Shown: positions 1-12,612, numbered from the stretch's first letter. The stretch: 64,000 nucleotides of DNA from Octopus sinensis (GCF_006345805.1 NC_043013.1:16740001-16804000), one strand, 5' to 3'. Numbers and translations: made by a program. Notes: generated by a model not told the origin, from the letters alone.

Positions 1-486
1 AGACTCTTTAAAAAAAAAAAAAAATAACAAATTCCTATTTTTTTTAAACCATTCCCCACCCTCGCAAAAATCACATTGGGATTTATTTGTAATAATAAAA
101 ATAATAATAATAATAAATGTTTATTTTACAACTTCTGGGAACAACAACAAGAACAATTGCAACAAACAAAATTTAGGTAAAGAAAAGACTTGATGGAAAT
201 AACCTAAAAGAATATTTTTAAAATATATTTACATTTAATTTTAATCATTAAATTCTCGAAACCAAAACAACATAATTATCTTTGTTAAATTTATTATTGT
301 CTTTCATTAATTCCATTAAAAGTTTAAAGCAATTAAAATGTAATTTAAATAGAATTAGATAAATACAAATTTGTTTTGACCTGTATGATACACATACACG
401 CACACATAAGTATATATATGTGTATGTGTGTGTATAACCACACGAACATATATTGCCTTATATGGATAGCAAAATAGGGGTTTACA

Positions 487-720
487 AGGCAGCGAGCTGG
501 CAGCTACGTTAGCACGCCGGGCGGAATGCTTAGCAGTATTTCGTCTGCCATTACATTCTGAGATCAAATTCCGCCGAGGTCAACTTTACCTTTCATCCTT
601 TCAGGGTCAATAAATTAAGTACCAGTTATGCACTGGGGTCGATGTAATCAACTTAATCCGTCTGTCTGTCCTTCTTTGTCTCTTTTGTGTTTAGCCCCTT
701 GTGGGTAGTAAAGAAATAGA
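487..720 (+). mobile_element. tRNA-derived SINE, family A (Nin/Deu-like core)
   Basis: Head GGCAGCGAGCTGGCAG...GAGATCAAATTCC, core CCTTTCATCCTTTCAGGGTCAATAAATTAAGTACCAGT. Many near-identical copies occur in the window. Confidence 0.85.
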
Positions 721-1372
721 AAATAGGGGTTTACGGAATTTGTACATACAGTGTCTGACTGAAGTGCAACATTTAGTTTCATACATCCTCACATTTTGGG
801 GTCAACCATGAGACAGGTTTCAGTCTTTCCAGTTTCTGTACAAGACGACATTGTTAAAATAAGTACCAGTAATATACTGTGGTTAAATTGGATGTAATAT
901 AATTTCTCCTATGAATATTAGGACATATGTCTAAGAAGGAAGAGAGTTAATAGTTTGAAAATTTCAATAGCTCATCATTTATTAGCAATGAGTCCTCTAT
1001 TACCAAGACTGATGCAGTTCTTTGTTGGAAGAATTATTTCATTCGAACATTGCTGCTCTTGCTTTTGCACTTGAAATGCATAAAAATTGCTAAATTTCAT
1101 TTAATTCTTTTTCTTCATCCTGCATAAATTTGTGGTCTTTTCCAATTTAACACTTTTGATATAACAAACTGTCTGAAGACTGTTTCTACTAAAATGTCTA
1201 TATTGAAATTTTTTAAAAATCTCAATTAAAAACTTATTCTAATGTTACTGGCATTGTCAGATTTTCAATCTTCAACATACACACACCACTTAGCCAATAC
1301 CAGTATATATATATCATTGGTTAACTCAAATGTACGATAACATTGCATACATACATGCATTCATACATACAT

Positions 1373-1485
1373 ATGAAGGTCAGCTGAAAAGTTCATAGGC
1401 TGATCAAGATGCTCTCATGGAATGTGACCAAATGAGGTTTATTTTTCACCATAATCCCCATTGCAGTCCACAAACTTCTCCCATC
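1373..1485 (-). mobile_element. mariner-like transposon terminal fragment
   Basis: TA followed by TGAAGGTCAGCTGAAAAGTTCATAGG resembles a mariner TIR end. No ORF remains. Confidence 0.5.
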
Positions 1486-1677
1486 CCCCCCCCCCCCAAA
1501 GACGAACAAGAATGTAACGGACGGCAATGAAAACATACGGACAGATGGACGATACAAAGACGGACAGAAAAACCAGGACGGAACATTCGTGGCTTTCTAT
1601 TCATCAGTCAAGCTTCCAAATATCACTACAATTTCGGCCTGTTATACTTGAGACTGTTCAAAGTTGTGTGTGTGTGT

Positions 1678-2092
1678 GATCATCATCATTTAACGTCCGT
1701 TTTCCATGCTGGCATGGTTTGGATGGTTTGACTGAGGTCGGGAAAGCCAGCGGCTGCACCAGGCCCCAGTCTGATATGGCAATGTTTCTACAGCTGAATT
1801 CTCTTCCTAACGCCAACCACTCCAAGAGTGTAGTGGGTGCTTTTTACATGCCACCGATACAAGAGACAGTCAGTGAGCACAGGCCACAACTACAATTTTG
1901 ATTTTATTTGACTCAACAGGTCTTCTCAAGCATATCAAATCGCCCGACGCATCAGGGGTACTCTTAAATGGGTCGGGCATGCAACACTGGCATCGGCCAC
2001 GGCTGTGATTTCACTTTAGTTGCCGGGTCTTCTCAATCGCAGCATATCTCCAAAGGCCTCGGTCAACTGTCATTGCCTCTGTAAGGCCCAAC
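1678..2092 (-). mobile_element. 3' end of RTE-like LINE (C-terminus plus 3' UTR with (GAT)n tail)
   Basis: Minus frame reads LGLTEAMTVDRGLWRYAAIEKTRQLK*. The tail GGACGTTAAATGATGATG is shared with 61590-61785. Confidence 0.65.
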
Positions 2093-2146
2093 ATATGCAT
2101 ATATATATATATGTATGTATGTATGCGTGTGTGTGTGTATGTATAT

Positions 2147-2522
2147 GAGGGACTGTGTGGTAAGAGGCTTACTTCCCAACCACATGGTTCTGGGTTTAGT
2201 CCCACAGCGTGGCAATTTGGGCAAGTGTCTTCTACTATAGCCTCAGGCCGACCAAAGCCTTGTGAACGGATTTGGTAGATGGAAACTGAAAGAAGCCCGT
2301 CGTATATATGTGTGTATGTATTTGTATGTCTGTGCTTGTCTCCCCTATCATCGCTTGACAACCGATGTTGATGTGTTTACGACCTCGTAACTTAGCGATT
2401 TGACAAAAGAGAGCAATGGAATAAATACTAGGCTTACAAAGAATAAGTCCTGGAGTCGATTTGTTCGGCTAAAGGCAGTGCTCCAGCTTGGCTGCAGTCA
2501 AAATTACTGAAACAAATAAAAG
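2147..2522 (+). mobile_element. tRNA-derived SINE, family B (CORE-like, internal microsatellite)
   Basis: TGTGTGGTAAG...GGTTTAGTCCC head, TTGGGCAAGTGTC core, ACTGAAACAA tail. Matches 10507-10900 and 39100-39597. Confidence 0.85.
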
Positions 2523-2877
2523 ATTGAAGGAATTTATGTGTATCTACATATATGTACATATAGTATATATATATATAAATTTATATAGATAAGGATAAGA
2601 TTGTTATTTAAATATCGAACTTATCAAGTAGCCAGCATGGGAATAAAAACCTTCAAATGTAAAGTAGCATACCTTAGTGAGGTCCTCTCTATCTGGCATG
2701 TGTGGTACAAATACTGACGTGGCGGATAACGGATGGCTTTCGGCCCTTTGGGCCCAGTTGTGTCCGCTGCTCTGATCGGTTGGTTTTGGTGCAGTTTAAC
2801 TTTTGCTTTATCTTGTGCCAATATGCTTAGCCACATTTCTTCCTTTTGTTTGTTTTTACGCCCCCCCCCCCAAATAT

Positions 2878-3089
2878 GTATGTATATTTATGTGCATGTG
2901 TTTGCTCCCCACCACTGTTTGGCAACCGGTGTTGTAATTACGTCCCTGTAAAATAGAGGTTTGGCAAAAGAGCCCGATAGAATAAGTACTAGTCTTTAAA
3001 AAATATACTGGTGTCAATTCATTTGACCAAAATTCTTCAAGGCGGTGCCCTAGCAAGGCCGCAGTCTAATGACTGAAACAAGTAAAAGA
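2878..3089 (+). mobile_element. SINE family B, 3' half
   Basis: CAACCGGTGTTG...GATAGAATAAGTACT...GACTGAAACAAGTAAAAGAG. Confidence 0.75.
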
Positions 3090-3130
3090 GTATATGTGTG
3101 TGTGTGTGTGTGTAATAATAATAATAACAA

Positions 3131-4678
3131 TAGGGAGTATAATTCCAAACTTACAGGGAAAAAATTCAATTTAGTATTAAATCAAATTTCACAATATAAA
3201 TATATAAAATATAAATTAGAGAAAAAAACACTATTATGCAATTCAAATAATGATAGACATAAACCAAATCATAAATAAAAAATAAAATGTTTTTATAAAA
3301 CATGTAACTAGATCACACAAAGTATAAAAATGAATAATCAATATATAATATGTAAAAAAATCTACGTACGTTTCATGGCTATAATTAAATTCGAATTACA
3401 ATTAATTTTAATTTAATCGAAAATCAATTCAATTTAAAATTATAGTCACTCTTCAGGTTAACAATAATAGTTAAATAAATAAGCAAATAGAGTTAAACAA
3501 TATTTATTTAAGAAATAAAATAATGATTTTTCTTATAGAAGAAACTCCATTAACTAAATTTGAAACTTAAAACATTAGGATCAGTTTCTTACAATACATT
3601 TATTATGTTAAATATTTAAGGTAAAAGAAAATAGAGTAAACAGATAAAAAAATGTGTTTATCTGTTAAGATATAATTTAGCTTAATAAAAAACATTAATA
3701 AACTATAGAATATCTTTAACCTAGTTATACTCTAATATTTAATTACCAAACTATTTTAAAAAACAATCACTCTTAATATTTTTAGATTTTAGTTCGCATA
3801 TAATAATTATAAAATAATAAATATATAAAAATAAGTATCTAAATTATTATCAACAAATATAGTAATTAAAAATCTATATTTTTTTCTATCAATAAACATA
3901 TAATAAATGAGTTCATTATTACTTACATAAATATTATAGATATCTTTCGAAAATATTTATGAAATAAAAAATAAGAATTGAAAAATTCAAAAGTAAAAAC
4001 GTATAACTTATCTTTATAAAATACTTATTATTACTATTATTATTAAATGAAATAGTACTAGAAATATAATAAGAAACTTATAGTTAAATTAAAACATTTA
4101 TACGATCTAGAGCCCAAAGTGACTAATTAATATTTTAAAATTTACGTTCAGATATAATAATTATAAAATAATAATAATTAAATAAATGTACATATCTAAA
4201 TTATCATTAACGAATAAAAAATTATAAATTCATATTTAACAATCAATACTTATATAGAGTACAATAATATTTCTTAAATAAAAAAAAAGCTTATTTATCT
4301 CTCCAAAAGGCGTATTATTAACTAAAAAATTTCAAAACGAAAAACGTCTATAAATTACTCGTAGAGTGACTATAATTTTAAATTGAATTGATTATCTATT
4401 AAATTTAAATTCAATTGTAATTCGAATTTAATTATAGCCATGAAACGTACGTAGTTTTTTTTTTACTTATATATTGATTATTCATTTTTATACTTTTTGT
4501 GATCTAGTTATATGTTTTATAAAAATACATTTTATTTTTTATTTATGATTTGGTTTATGTCTATCATTATTTGAATTGCATAATTGTGGTTTTTTTCTCT
4601 AATTTATATTTTATATATTTATATTGTGAAATTTAATTTAATACTAAATTGATTTTTTTCCCTGAAAGTTTAGAGCTA
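3131..4678. mobile_element. Penelope-like element remnant with inverted terminal repeats
   Basis: About 3131-3453 is the reverse complement of about 4363-4678. Internal duplication of about 3775-4010 at about 4130-4350. Flanked by (AAT)n/(ATT)n. Carries a hammerhead. Confidence 0.75.
3359..3460 (-). ncRNA. type I hammerhead ribozyme motif, long stem II
   Basis: Minus strand: aac CTGAAGA gtgactataat...attatagccat GAAAC gtac GTA gat. Stem III ACGTACGT is palindromic. Confidence 0.75.
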
Positions 4679-4724
4679 TTATTATTATCATTATTATTAT
4701 TACACACACACACATATATATATA

Positions 4725-5500
4725 GTAGTAACAGAAAAGAGGAATTTCGATTATCCCCACGTGGTGAGTTGTAATGTATATAAAAAATTAAAAAAGGAAA
4801 ATACGCACACTTACATAGTTTTAATATAATTTTTAATATATCGACCGGTTTTGCTATCGCTATTCATGATATTTTGTTTTACTTATTTGAATATATATTT
4901 TTTCTTAAGAAGAAATTTGGTCTATGTTGTGTGTGATGAAATTCACGAGTGAATAACTTCACAAGTAGATAAATAAAGGGTGGTAATTGTTGTCGCTATT
5001 ATTGTTATTGTTATGGGTAGGGGAGATAACTGTTCAGCTTTCGGTAATGGGTGGGGATTATATATGTGTGCAGACAGAGACAAGTTTCAAAGACCTTGTT
5101 TAGTAGGGGATTTATGTACAGTGATGTAATCGTGAATTGAAATATGTAAAACGATAAAAGCTGGTTATGCGTGCATATTAAGACGTGTTTTGTATTTTTC
5201 AATGAAAAAAGTTTCTTTATTTAAACGTTCTAGTTGAGAGATTGCATCTTTGCACTGGTAGAAAGGGAAGACTGAAATTTGGTTTGATGTTACCTGCACA
5301 TTTTTCTATATGTTCACTGAGAGGAATTTGTCTGTATTGCAAGAAACGGATTTGCTCTTTATGTAGAGTGGTTCTCTTTCTCAAGGTCATACTCGTTTGT
5401 CCAATATAGTGGTGTCCGCAACCCGAGTAGGTTATTACATAAATTAGGTTCTCAGTAGCACAAGTGAAGCTAGTTTTAATTGTGAACCTCTGTCCTTGTG
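4725..5500 (-). mobile_element. Penelope-like retroelement 3' fragment (GIY-YIG endonuclease plus pLTR)
   Basis: GIY-YIG peptide followed by a 3' non-coding segment with a decayed hammerhead (4838-4873). Ends at (TA)n. Confidence 0.8.
5217..5500 (-). pseudogene. GIY-YIG endonuclease remnant of a Penelope-like (Neptune-type) element
   Basis: FTCATENLIYVITYSGCGHHYIGQTSMTLRKRTTLHKEQIR...PLSEHIEKC gives the LIY...YIG motif with R..H. Truncated upstream by (GATA)n. Confidence 0.85.
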
Positions 5501-6593
5501 AACATATAGATAGGTAGATAGACAGACAGACAGACAAAGAGACAGACAGATAGATAGATATACATAGACAGATCGATATAGCTGCATAACTATAGATGTG
5601 TACCTCATCCGACTTTGTTGCCTCATAGCTTTCAGAAAAAGGGATACTTTTTAACGAAATTTTCAACAAATACCGATTAGATGCTGTGGATGCAGAGTAA
5701 GTAGGGATTTAGGGGAAATAATTTTTTCGAGAGGGTGAGGAGAGGAGTTTTGGAAAATTCACACGATCCGACTTTTTTTCAGGAAAATGAATAGCTTTTA
5801 ATGAAATTCTATACAAATACCTTTCAAACGGCATAGATTATGATTATCTTTCCTTTCTCACTGTCGAATGTATTGATGACAATTTCAGCGTGTAAGATAT
5901 TTACCACTGATAAACCTTGACCAAGTTTTGTTAGTGAAGAGGTCGCGGTTTCAAAGCGACGAAAATATTTTGATACAAATGGAATTTAAATGAAGTGAAA
6001 CTAACGGTTTTTGTGTGTTTACAAATATCTTCCACGCTGCAATTGTTTTTGTTTCAACTCATGATCTCAGATCAAGTCACCTGCTATAGAAGTACATCTC
6101 CGTAATGAATTGATGATTTTCAATACATACATGCAGGCGTGAAAATGGAGAGTAGTTTGGGATGCGCTAGAAACAACAGCCAAATCTCCTTTGAGTCGTA
6201 CTCTTTTTCCGCTGAAAATATTTACAACTATATAAAAAAATTTTTTTTACCGTAAAGGCTCCTCCTAAGGGCGTTACTTCTTTCAGTAAGTTATCGCAGT
6301 TGTTTGCAAATAGTGAATTAAGACTTGAAATGAAAACATTCAAAGAGAAAGTGAGGAAATTTGCAAATGAAAACGAACAATTCTCCATTGCTACGTTCAT
6401 ACCGGAAGTTGATATTGCAAAACCTTTTGAAAGAAGTGAATCATATATACAAAGCAATATTATGAATTTTTAAGAAAAAAAAAACTGAATGCCCCATTAT
6501 TTTTCCAGAATGAAAGCATTTACACATGCCAGGTATGAAGGCAATTCGCGCAACCGTTTTGGCGTGAAAAGTGAATACACACACACACACACA

Positions 6594-6645
<52 letters not shown>

Positions 6646-8269
6646 TCTATTTTATAATATAGATTACAAAAACAGTTTAAGCCTAGTTCAGTATAACTGA
6701 GTACATTACTCAGACAAATTTGACAGGTCGTACTCATAGAATTTAAATGGTTTCTTGAAACAAAAATTATATAAGAATTTAATTATTTCGCACGTTCGGA
6801 TGACCTCTACTCAAGTCTCACTGCTACTCAACTGTTCTCTGACGACAAGAAAAGAGAGAACAAAGAGTTCAAAATACAAGGAGGAAATGGAGTATGGTAT
6901 TAAGTGACCTACCCAAAGAATGTAGAAACAGAGAAGAAGATAGTCAGGTTTAATCAAATAGTAAGTGTGAAAGTACCATCATAAGTATATGTTGAGGATA
7001 TGAAGGGGATAGTGATCGAAGAGGAAAACTACACGAGACTGTATGAAATGTGTGGAGATAATATTGACCCACCAGGAGTGAGGGTGGAATTCAAAGAATT
7101 GCCACCAGCAGTGGATTTAGTAGAAATTGAACCATTGATGAAGTACTACTAAAAAGAAAATAAGTATGTTAAATTGACAGGAAAAAATAGGAAAGAAAAA
7201 AGAAAAAGGAGAAAAAAAGTAAAAAAAAGAAAGAGTAAATTTTTTTTTGTTATGTTTAAAAAAATATTGAAAACTAGAAGAACAATTGTAGAGAATGTAT
7301 ATAACGGTTCAAATACTTGCAATGGTATGTAACACGATAATTAATTGTTTTGTAAGTACATGATAAAAATGGACTATAAAAAAAAAGATTAATAGTACTA
7401 CATGTGATGAGGGGCGCATGCAGCCATTCATAACCTCATTATTATTTAATAATCTCATTCATATTCGTTTTATGTATTGTCCCCTCTGTGGTGTCCTGTC
7501 TGTCCTTGTTTGTCCTCCTCTATTTCGGGCCCTCGTGTCTAATAAACAAACTAGACTTCTCTCCCTCTATATCTACGTATTGGGCTAGCCTACGTCATCG
7601 TCTGGGGGCGTCCACACAACATTAATATAAATATTTATTAAATAATTATCAATCATATGATTAATATTAAGTGAAAAACGAGTTAAAAATCTTAATGGGA
7701 AAACATTATGCCCATGGAAAAACATTTCTTGGCTTCTCCCGTGATTTAATTCGCAAGAAAAAATTCTCCGAACAAAAAACAAAAAAAAAACCGCTGTGTA
7801 CATGTACCAAAACTACGCTATAAAAATTTTGCTGTTGCCTATGCTGCACTTTATTTTTTGGCGAAACATTAGCACATTACCAATGTATATATCATATTCA
7901 TATCGGCGTAGAGTCAGCTCGCCAGCAAACCAATTCGCCATTATACAATTTATTACAACTGTTAAGTATATTATACATTCTTTTGAATATTTTAACAACG
8001 ATTGTAAAAATAGACACATATTATGTTAAATTTTAAAATTCAATTGTTTTCTGGTGGTCTCAAATTAAGCCGGGCGGTAATTTTCAAACGACTAGGCTGC
8101 GCCGCGGGGCGAAGCCTTAAGGGGAACATTGTATTTCGGAAGTGTATGTGTAAGTGAAATCTTTATGAAACTTTACTAATTAATTGCTGATGATTTGATA
8201 AGTGAATTTTGTATTATAACAACAAATTTATCACTTTATAATTATAAATTTCTTAAATTCTTTCTCTCC

Positions 8270-8359
8270 TATGTCAGCGTCTCCCAAGACATCCTCAGAT
8301 TTTGTCGCCCCACAGATTTTGCCGCCCTAGGCGGTCGCCTAGTGGTAGATCCAGCCCTG
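8270..8359. mobile_element. hAT-like transposon end
   Basis: Reverse complement starts CAGGGCTGGATCTACCACTAGGCGACCGCCTAGGGCGGC, typical of hAT termini. Partner end not identified. Confidence 0.4.
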
Positions 8360-8771
8360 ACACCACCTTATCTGTCTGTCTATGATCTCTGTGTCTGTCT
8401 TTCTGTTTGTCTTCATCCACCCACGTAATGTGTGTGTGTGGTGTGTGTGTGTGTGCATTTCGGCATGAAATATTGTGCGTGTGTGTGAATTAGAAGATGT
8501 AAGAAAGTGAAAGACATAAAAAGAATTACACACATACATTCACCCTTTCGTACTTATTGTGTGTGCACGCAATTGATTGTATAAGAGTGTGAGAAACAAA
8601 TGGAACGCAAAAACAAAGTATTGCGTGTACACACACACACACACATACATACATTCACTCTCCCTCCAGCTCTTTATCTGTATTTGTCTTCACATGCAAT
8701 GTGTGTGTTTGCAAGTATGTGTGTATAATGAACCCAAGGTAGAGCATTTCACTAAGTATACGTGTAATGCG

Positions 8772-9131
8772 GGCCCTTGACACGTTTACATCAATCACAG
8801 AAATATCTCTCTCCTAAACTAATGAAACGAGGTCACAATTGCTCAAATCTTTACTGAAACCTTTGAGATATCATTAATAAAACCAGACATTTACAACGGC
8901 TGTATCGTTTAAGCCGCGACAGGTGTAAATGTGTTGGCATTCCTGTAAATAGTATCCCGGGGCCTGAGGTACTATTTTACTTATCGCCATACCAACACCG
9001 CTATACACTTTTACACCTGCTCAAGCTAATGAATTCCCAAAAATTTTGAACAAAGATTTGTGTAATTGTGACCTCATTTTCATCAGTTTAGGAGAGATGT
9101 TTCACTGATTTGTGTAAACATGTCAAGGGCC
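8772..9131. mobile_element. MITE / foldback element
   Basis: GGCCCTTGACACGTTTACA...TGTAAACATGTCAAGGGCC, with imperfect inverted arms of about 100 bp. Confidence 0.75.
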
Positions 9132-9589
9132 TACGCCTTGGGCTACAAACTAATACAACACTGACCTACACAAAAAATAGATGGATGGACACACAGACAG
9201 ACGGATAGACAGATAATAAACAGTTAAAGTATGCAAGACTTTTCTAAAGTTTAATATGTACCTCTTTAGTGTTACTGTCATCTTAATTTCAGCCATGAAG
9301 CTTTGTTTCTTTGTTAGATAAACCAACCCCTGTTTGGGGGAATAATTCAAAGGATTAAAAAAAGAAACATGCATATATGCATAAATACATACATATACAT
9401 CTTTAACAACAGTTTGGCTCAGTTTCACATGATTAAAGTTCCGTGGCGTGTCCTATGCGCCCACGAAACTCTAAATCATGCAGAGCTGAGTTAAACTGTT
9501 ATCAAATATATGTAGCTCCTTTTAAATGAGTTGAGTACTATATTTTTTATTTATTTATTTGTTCACTGACTTGTGTGAATATAATAGGC

Positions 9590-9988
9590 ACCATAGGAGC
9601 AGGCGTGGCTGTGTGAAAAGAAGTTTGTTTCCCAACCATACGGTTCTGGGTTCAGTCCCACTGCGTGGTACCTTAGGTAAGTGTATACTACTATAGTCTC
9701 GGGCTGACCAAAGCCTTGTGAGTAGATTTGGTAGACGGAAACTGCAAGAAACCCGTTGTGTGTGTGTGTGTGTGTGTGTTTGTGTTTGTCTGTCTGTGTT
9801 TCTTGCCCGCTACCGTTTGACAACCGGTGTTGGTTTGTTTACGTCCTCATAGCTTAGCTGTTCGGCAAAAGAGACCGATAGAATAACTATGAAATTTTAA
9901 AAAATAAGTACTAGAGTTGATTCATTCGACTAAAATCTCAAAGCGGTGCTCCGGCATGGTCACAGTGTAATGACTGAAACAAGTAAAA
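9590..9988 (+). mobile_element. SINE family B
   Basis: Full head, core and tail, as in 10507-10900. Confidence 0.85.
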
Positions 9989-10235
9989 CCTAGTGGTTAG
10001 AATGTTTTACTCACGAAGGCGAGATCGTGGTTTCAATTCCTAGATCGGGTGGTGCGTTGTGTTCTTGAGCAATACACTTCATTTCATGTTGCTCTGTGAT
10101 CACTTCGACATTTGACGCGTGGTACAAAGCGCATCTGTACAGACAACGTCGATTTGATGGGGGAAAGTGAGCTGATGTGCGGCACGAACATTTGATCACT
10201 ATAAGCAAATTATTTGTGCAGGTCGTTCGACGGGA
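9989..10235 (+). mobile_element. tRNA-derived SINE, family D-like
   Basis: TAGTGGTTAGA A box, GGTTTCAATTCC B box, TTGTGTTCTTGAGCAA core similar to 39985-40316. Confidence 0.7.
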
Positions 10236-10284
10236 GAGTCCAGCATATATGTATGTATGTTTATGTATGTATGTATGAATGCAT

Positions 10285-11075
10285 GGGTACTTTTTAGTTA
10301 TCTCCCCGCTCCTAAAAGATTGGGTTATTCCCCCCCCCCCGTTTTACGAGAAATATTGGTACTTTTGGTTATCGCCTTCAACTGAAAAAGTTGTTTAATC
10401 CTCAATAAAACAAAACAAAAAAAAATGAAAAAATTAATAAACATGAAAACTGAAAAAAATTAAGCATCTTACTGAATCTGTTAACATTTTTATTACAAAT
10501 CCTACTAGGCACAGGAGTGGCTGTGTGGTAAGTAGCTTGCTAACCAACCACATGGTTCCGGGTTCAGTCCCACTGCGTGGCATCTTGGGCGTCTTCTGCT
10601 ATAGCCCCGGGCCGACCAATGCCTTGTGAGTGGATTTGGTAGACGGAAACTGAAAGAAGCCTGTCGTATATAAGTACGTGTGTATGTGTGTATTTGTGTG
10701 TCTGTGTTTGTCCCCCTAGCATTGACAACCGATGCTGGTGTGTTTACGTCCCCGTCACTTAGCGGTTCGGCAAAAAGAGACCGATAGTATAAGTACTGGG
10801 CTTACAAAGAATAAGTCCCGTGGTCGATTTGCTCGACTAAAGGCGGTGCTCCAGCATGGCCGCAGTCAAATGACTGAAACAAGTAAAAGATAAAAAGATA
10901 AAGATTCCTATTGAGGAAGCCAAACGTCAACAATGTGTTGAAGTATTGAATCAAAAGGATCTGACCCTCTTAATCCAATCTCTTGTCACCACATTAACTC
11001 GATCTTTTAATGGGGAGATAAACCAGTTTTTTAATGGGAATTTTTTAATGGGGGTGAGATAACCAAAAAGTACTC
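10285..11075. mobile_element. MITE interrupted by a SINE
   Basis: TIRs GGGTACTTTTTAGTTATCTC / GAGATAACCAAAAAGTACTC, lying within (ATGT)n. Confidence 0.65.
10507..10900 (+). mobile_element. SINE family B, well-preserved copy
   Basis: GGCACAGGAGTGGCTGTGTGGTAAGTAGC...GGTTCAGTCCC...GACTGAAACAAGTAAAAGA. Confidence 0.9.
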
Positions 11076-11164
11076 ATGTATGTATGTATGTATGTATGTA
11101 TATATGATTGTGTATATATATTTGTACATGTATGTATGTATGTGTGTATATATGTATGTGTATT

Positions 11165-11361
11165 CGCCATGATAGATCGCTAGCCACTACACATTCTTCA
11201 TTTTCTCTCCTTGTTTCTATCTGTGTTCCTTTCTGTGGAAGAGCGTAGGCTCGAAACGTTAAAAACTTTTTCACTTCCTGAGCGTTATACTAATACATCT
11301 GTTTGTTGTCTTGTCTACACCACCTGTCTTCGTCTTTTGCTTTTCTGTGAATTTTCCCTAC
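11165..11361 (+). mobile_element. short repeat with variant hammerhead-like motif (pLTR-like)
   Basis: cttt CTGTGGA a gagc gtag gctc GAAAC GTT aaa. Related copies at about 24875-25072 (+) and about 57935-58110 (-). Confidence 0.6.
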
Positions 11362-11392
<31 letters not shown>

Positions 11393-11425
11393 TATATTAT
11401 ATATATATACATATATATATAATAC

Positions 11426-11477
<52 letters not shown>

Positions 11478-11516
11478 CATATATATATATATATATAATA
11501 TATATATAATATATAC

Positions 11517-11547
<31 letters not shown>

Positions 11548-11651
11548 CATATATATACATATATATATATATTATATATACATATATATATATACATATA
11601 TATATATACATATATATATACATATATATATAATATATATATTATACATAT

Positions 11652-11702
<51 letters not shown>

Positions 11703-11706
11703 ATAA
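11362..11706. repeat. imperfect (TA)n microsatellite
   Basis: Directly visible; source of the spurious YIYI ORFs. Confidence 0.95.
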
Positions 11707-11875
11707 ATATTAGGGAATAAATCCAATTTACAGGGAAAAAATCAGATTTAGGATTAAATCCAATTTTATAGTAAAATATTATATAATATTAATTCGAGAC
11801 AAAACCACTATTTTGCAAAACAAACAAGGAAAGACTTAATCAATACATAAAAATTTTAATATAAAGAATAAACCG

Positions 11876-11918
11876 CCACTACAATCGTTTCATGTCTTCA
11901 ATGACATTCGTCAGGTGG
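11876..11918 (-). ncRNA. type I hammerhead ribozyme motif
   Basis: Minus strand: ccac CTGACGA atgtc attgaa gacat GAAAC gatt GTA gtgg. Confidence 0.85.
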
Positions 11919-11986
11919 ATTTTCCATCTCCTAATCTGTTTTAATTTATGAATTCATAAATTAAAACAGATTAGGAGATCGAAAAT

Positions 11987-12029
11987 CCACCTGACGAATG
12001 TCATTGAAGACATGAAACGATTGTAGTGG
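11987..12029 (+). ncRNA. type I hammerhead ribozyme motif
   Basis: ccac CTGACGA atgtc attgaa gacat GAAAC gatt GTA gtgg. Stems I and II are perfect and the cleavage triplet is GUA. Confidence 0.85.
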
Positions 12030-12114
12030 CGGTTTATTTCTTTATATATAAAAATTTTTATGTATTGATTAAGTCTTTCCTTGTTGTTTTGCAAAATAGT
12101 GGTTTTGTCTCGAA

Positions 12115-12155
<41 letters not shown>

Positions 12156-12159
12156 CACA

Positions 12160-12606
12160 GATAAATACATTTTCCTATCTATTTACTCTATTTTTTTACC
12201 TTAAATATTTAGCATAATAAATATATTGTAGGCAACTGGTCCTAATGTTTTAAGTTTCAAATTTAGTTAACGGAGTTTCTTCTATAAGCAAAATCATGAT
12301 TTTATTTCTTTAAGAAATATTGTTTAGTTCTATTTGCTTATTTATTTAACTATCATTGTTATTATTGTTAACCTGAAGAGTGACTATAATCTTAAATTGA
12401 ATTGTTTTTCATTTAAATTTAATTGTAATTCGAATTTAAATTATAGCCATGAAACGTACGTATTTTTTTACCTATTATATATTCTTTATTCTTTTTTGTA
12501 CTTTTAGTGATCTAGTTATATGCTTTAAAAAATATATTATATTTTTTATTTATGATTTGGTTTATGTCTTTCATTGTTTGAATTGCATAATAGTGGTTTT
12601 TCTCTA

Positions 12607-12612
<6 letters not shown>
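12160..12612 (+). mobile_element. Penelope-like pLTR copy (same family as 3131-4678)
   Basis: Reverse complement of about 3210-3665. Contains CTGAAGA...GAAACGTACGTA at 12370-12465. Ends in (TA)n. Confidence 0.8.

Larger units (their letters stand above)
11707..12126. mobile_element. Penelope-like pLTR palindrome
   Basis: About 11779-11952 is inverted to 11953-12126 around GAATTC with no spacer. The left arm extends further. Flanked by (TA)n. Confidence 0.85.

Noticed and set aside
765-795. Minus-strand GTGAGGA...GAAAC...GTT
   Set aside because: No stem II and the core C3 is absent; likely chance.
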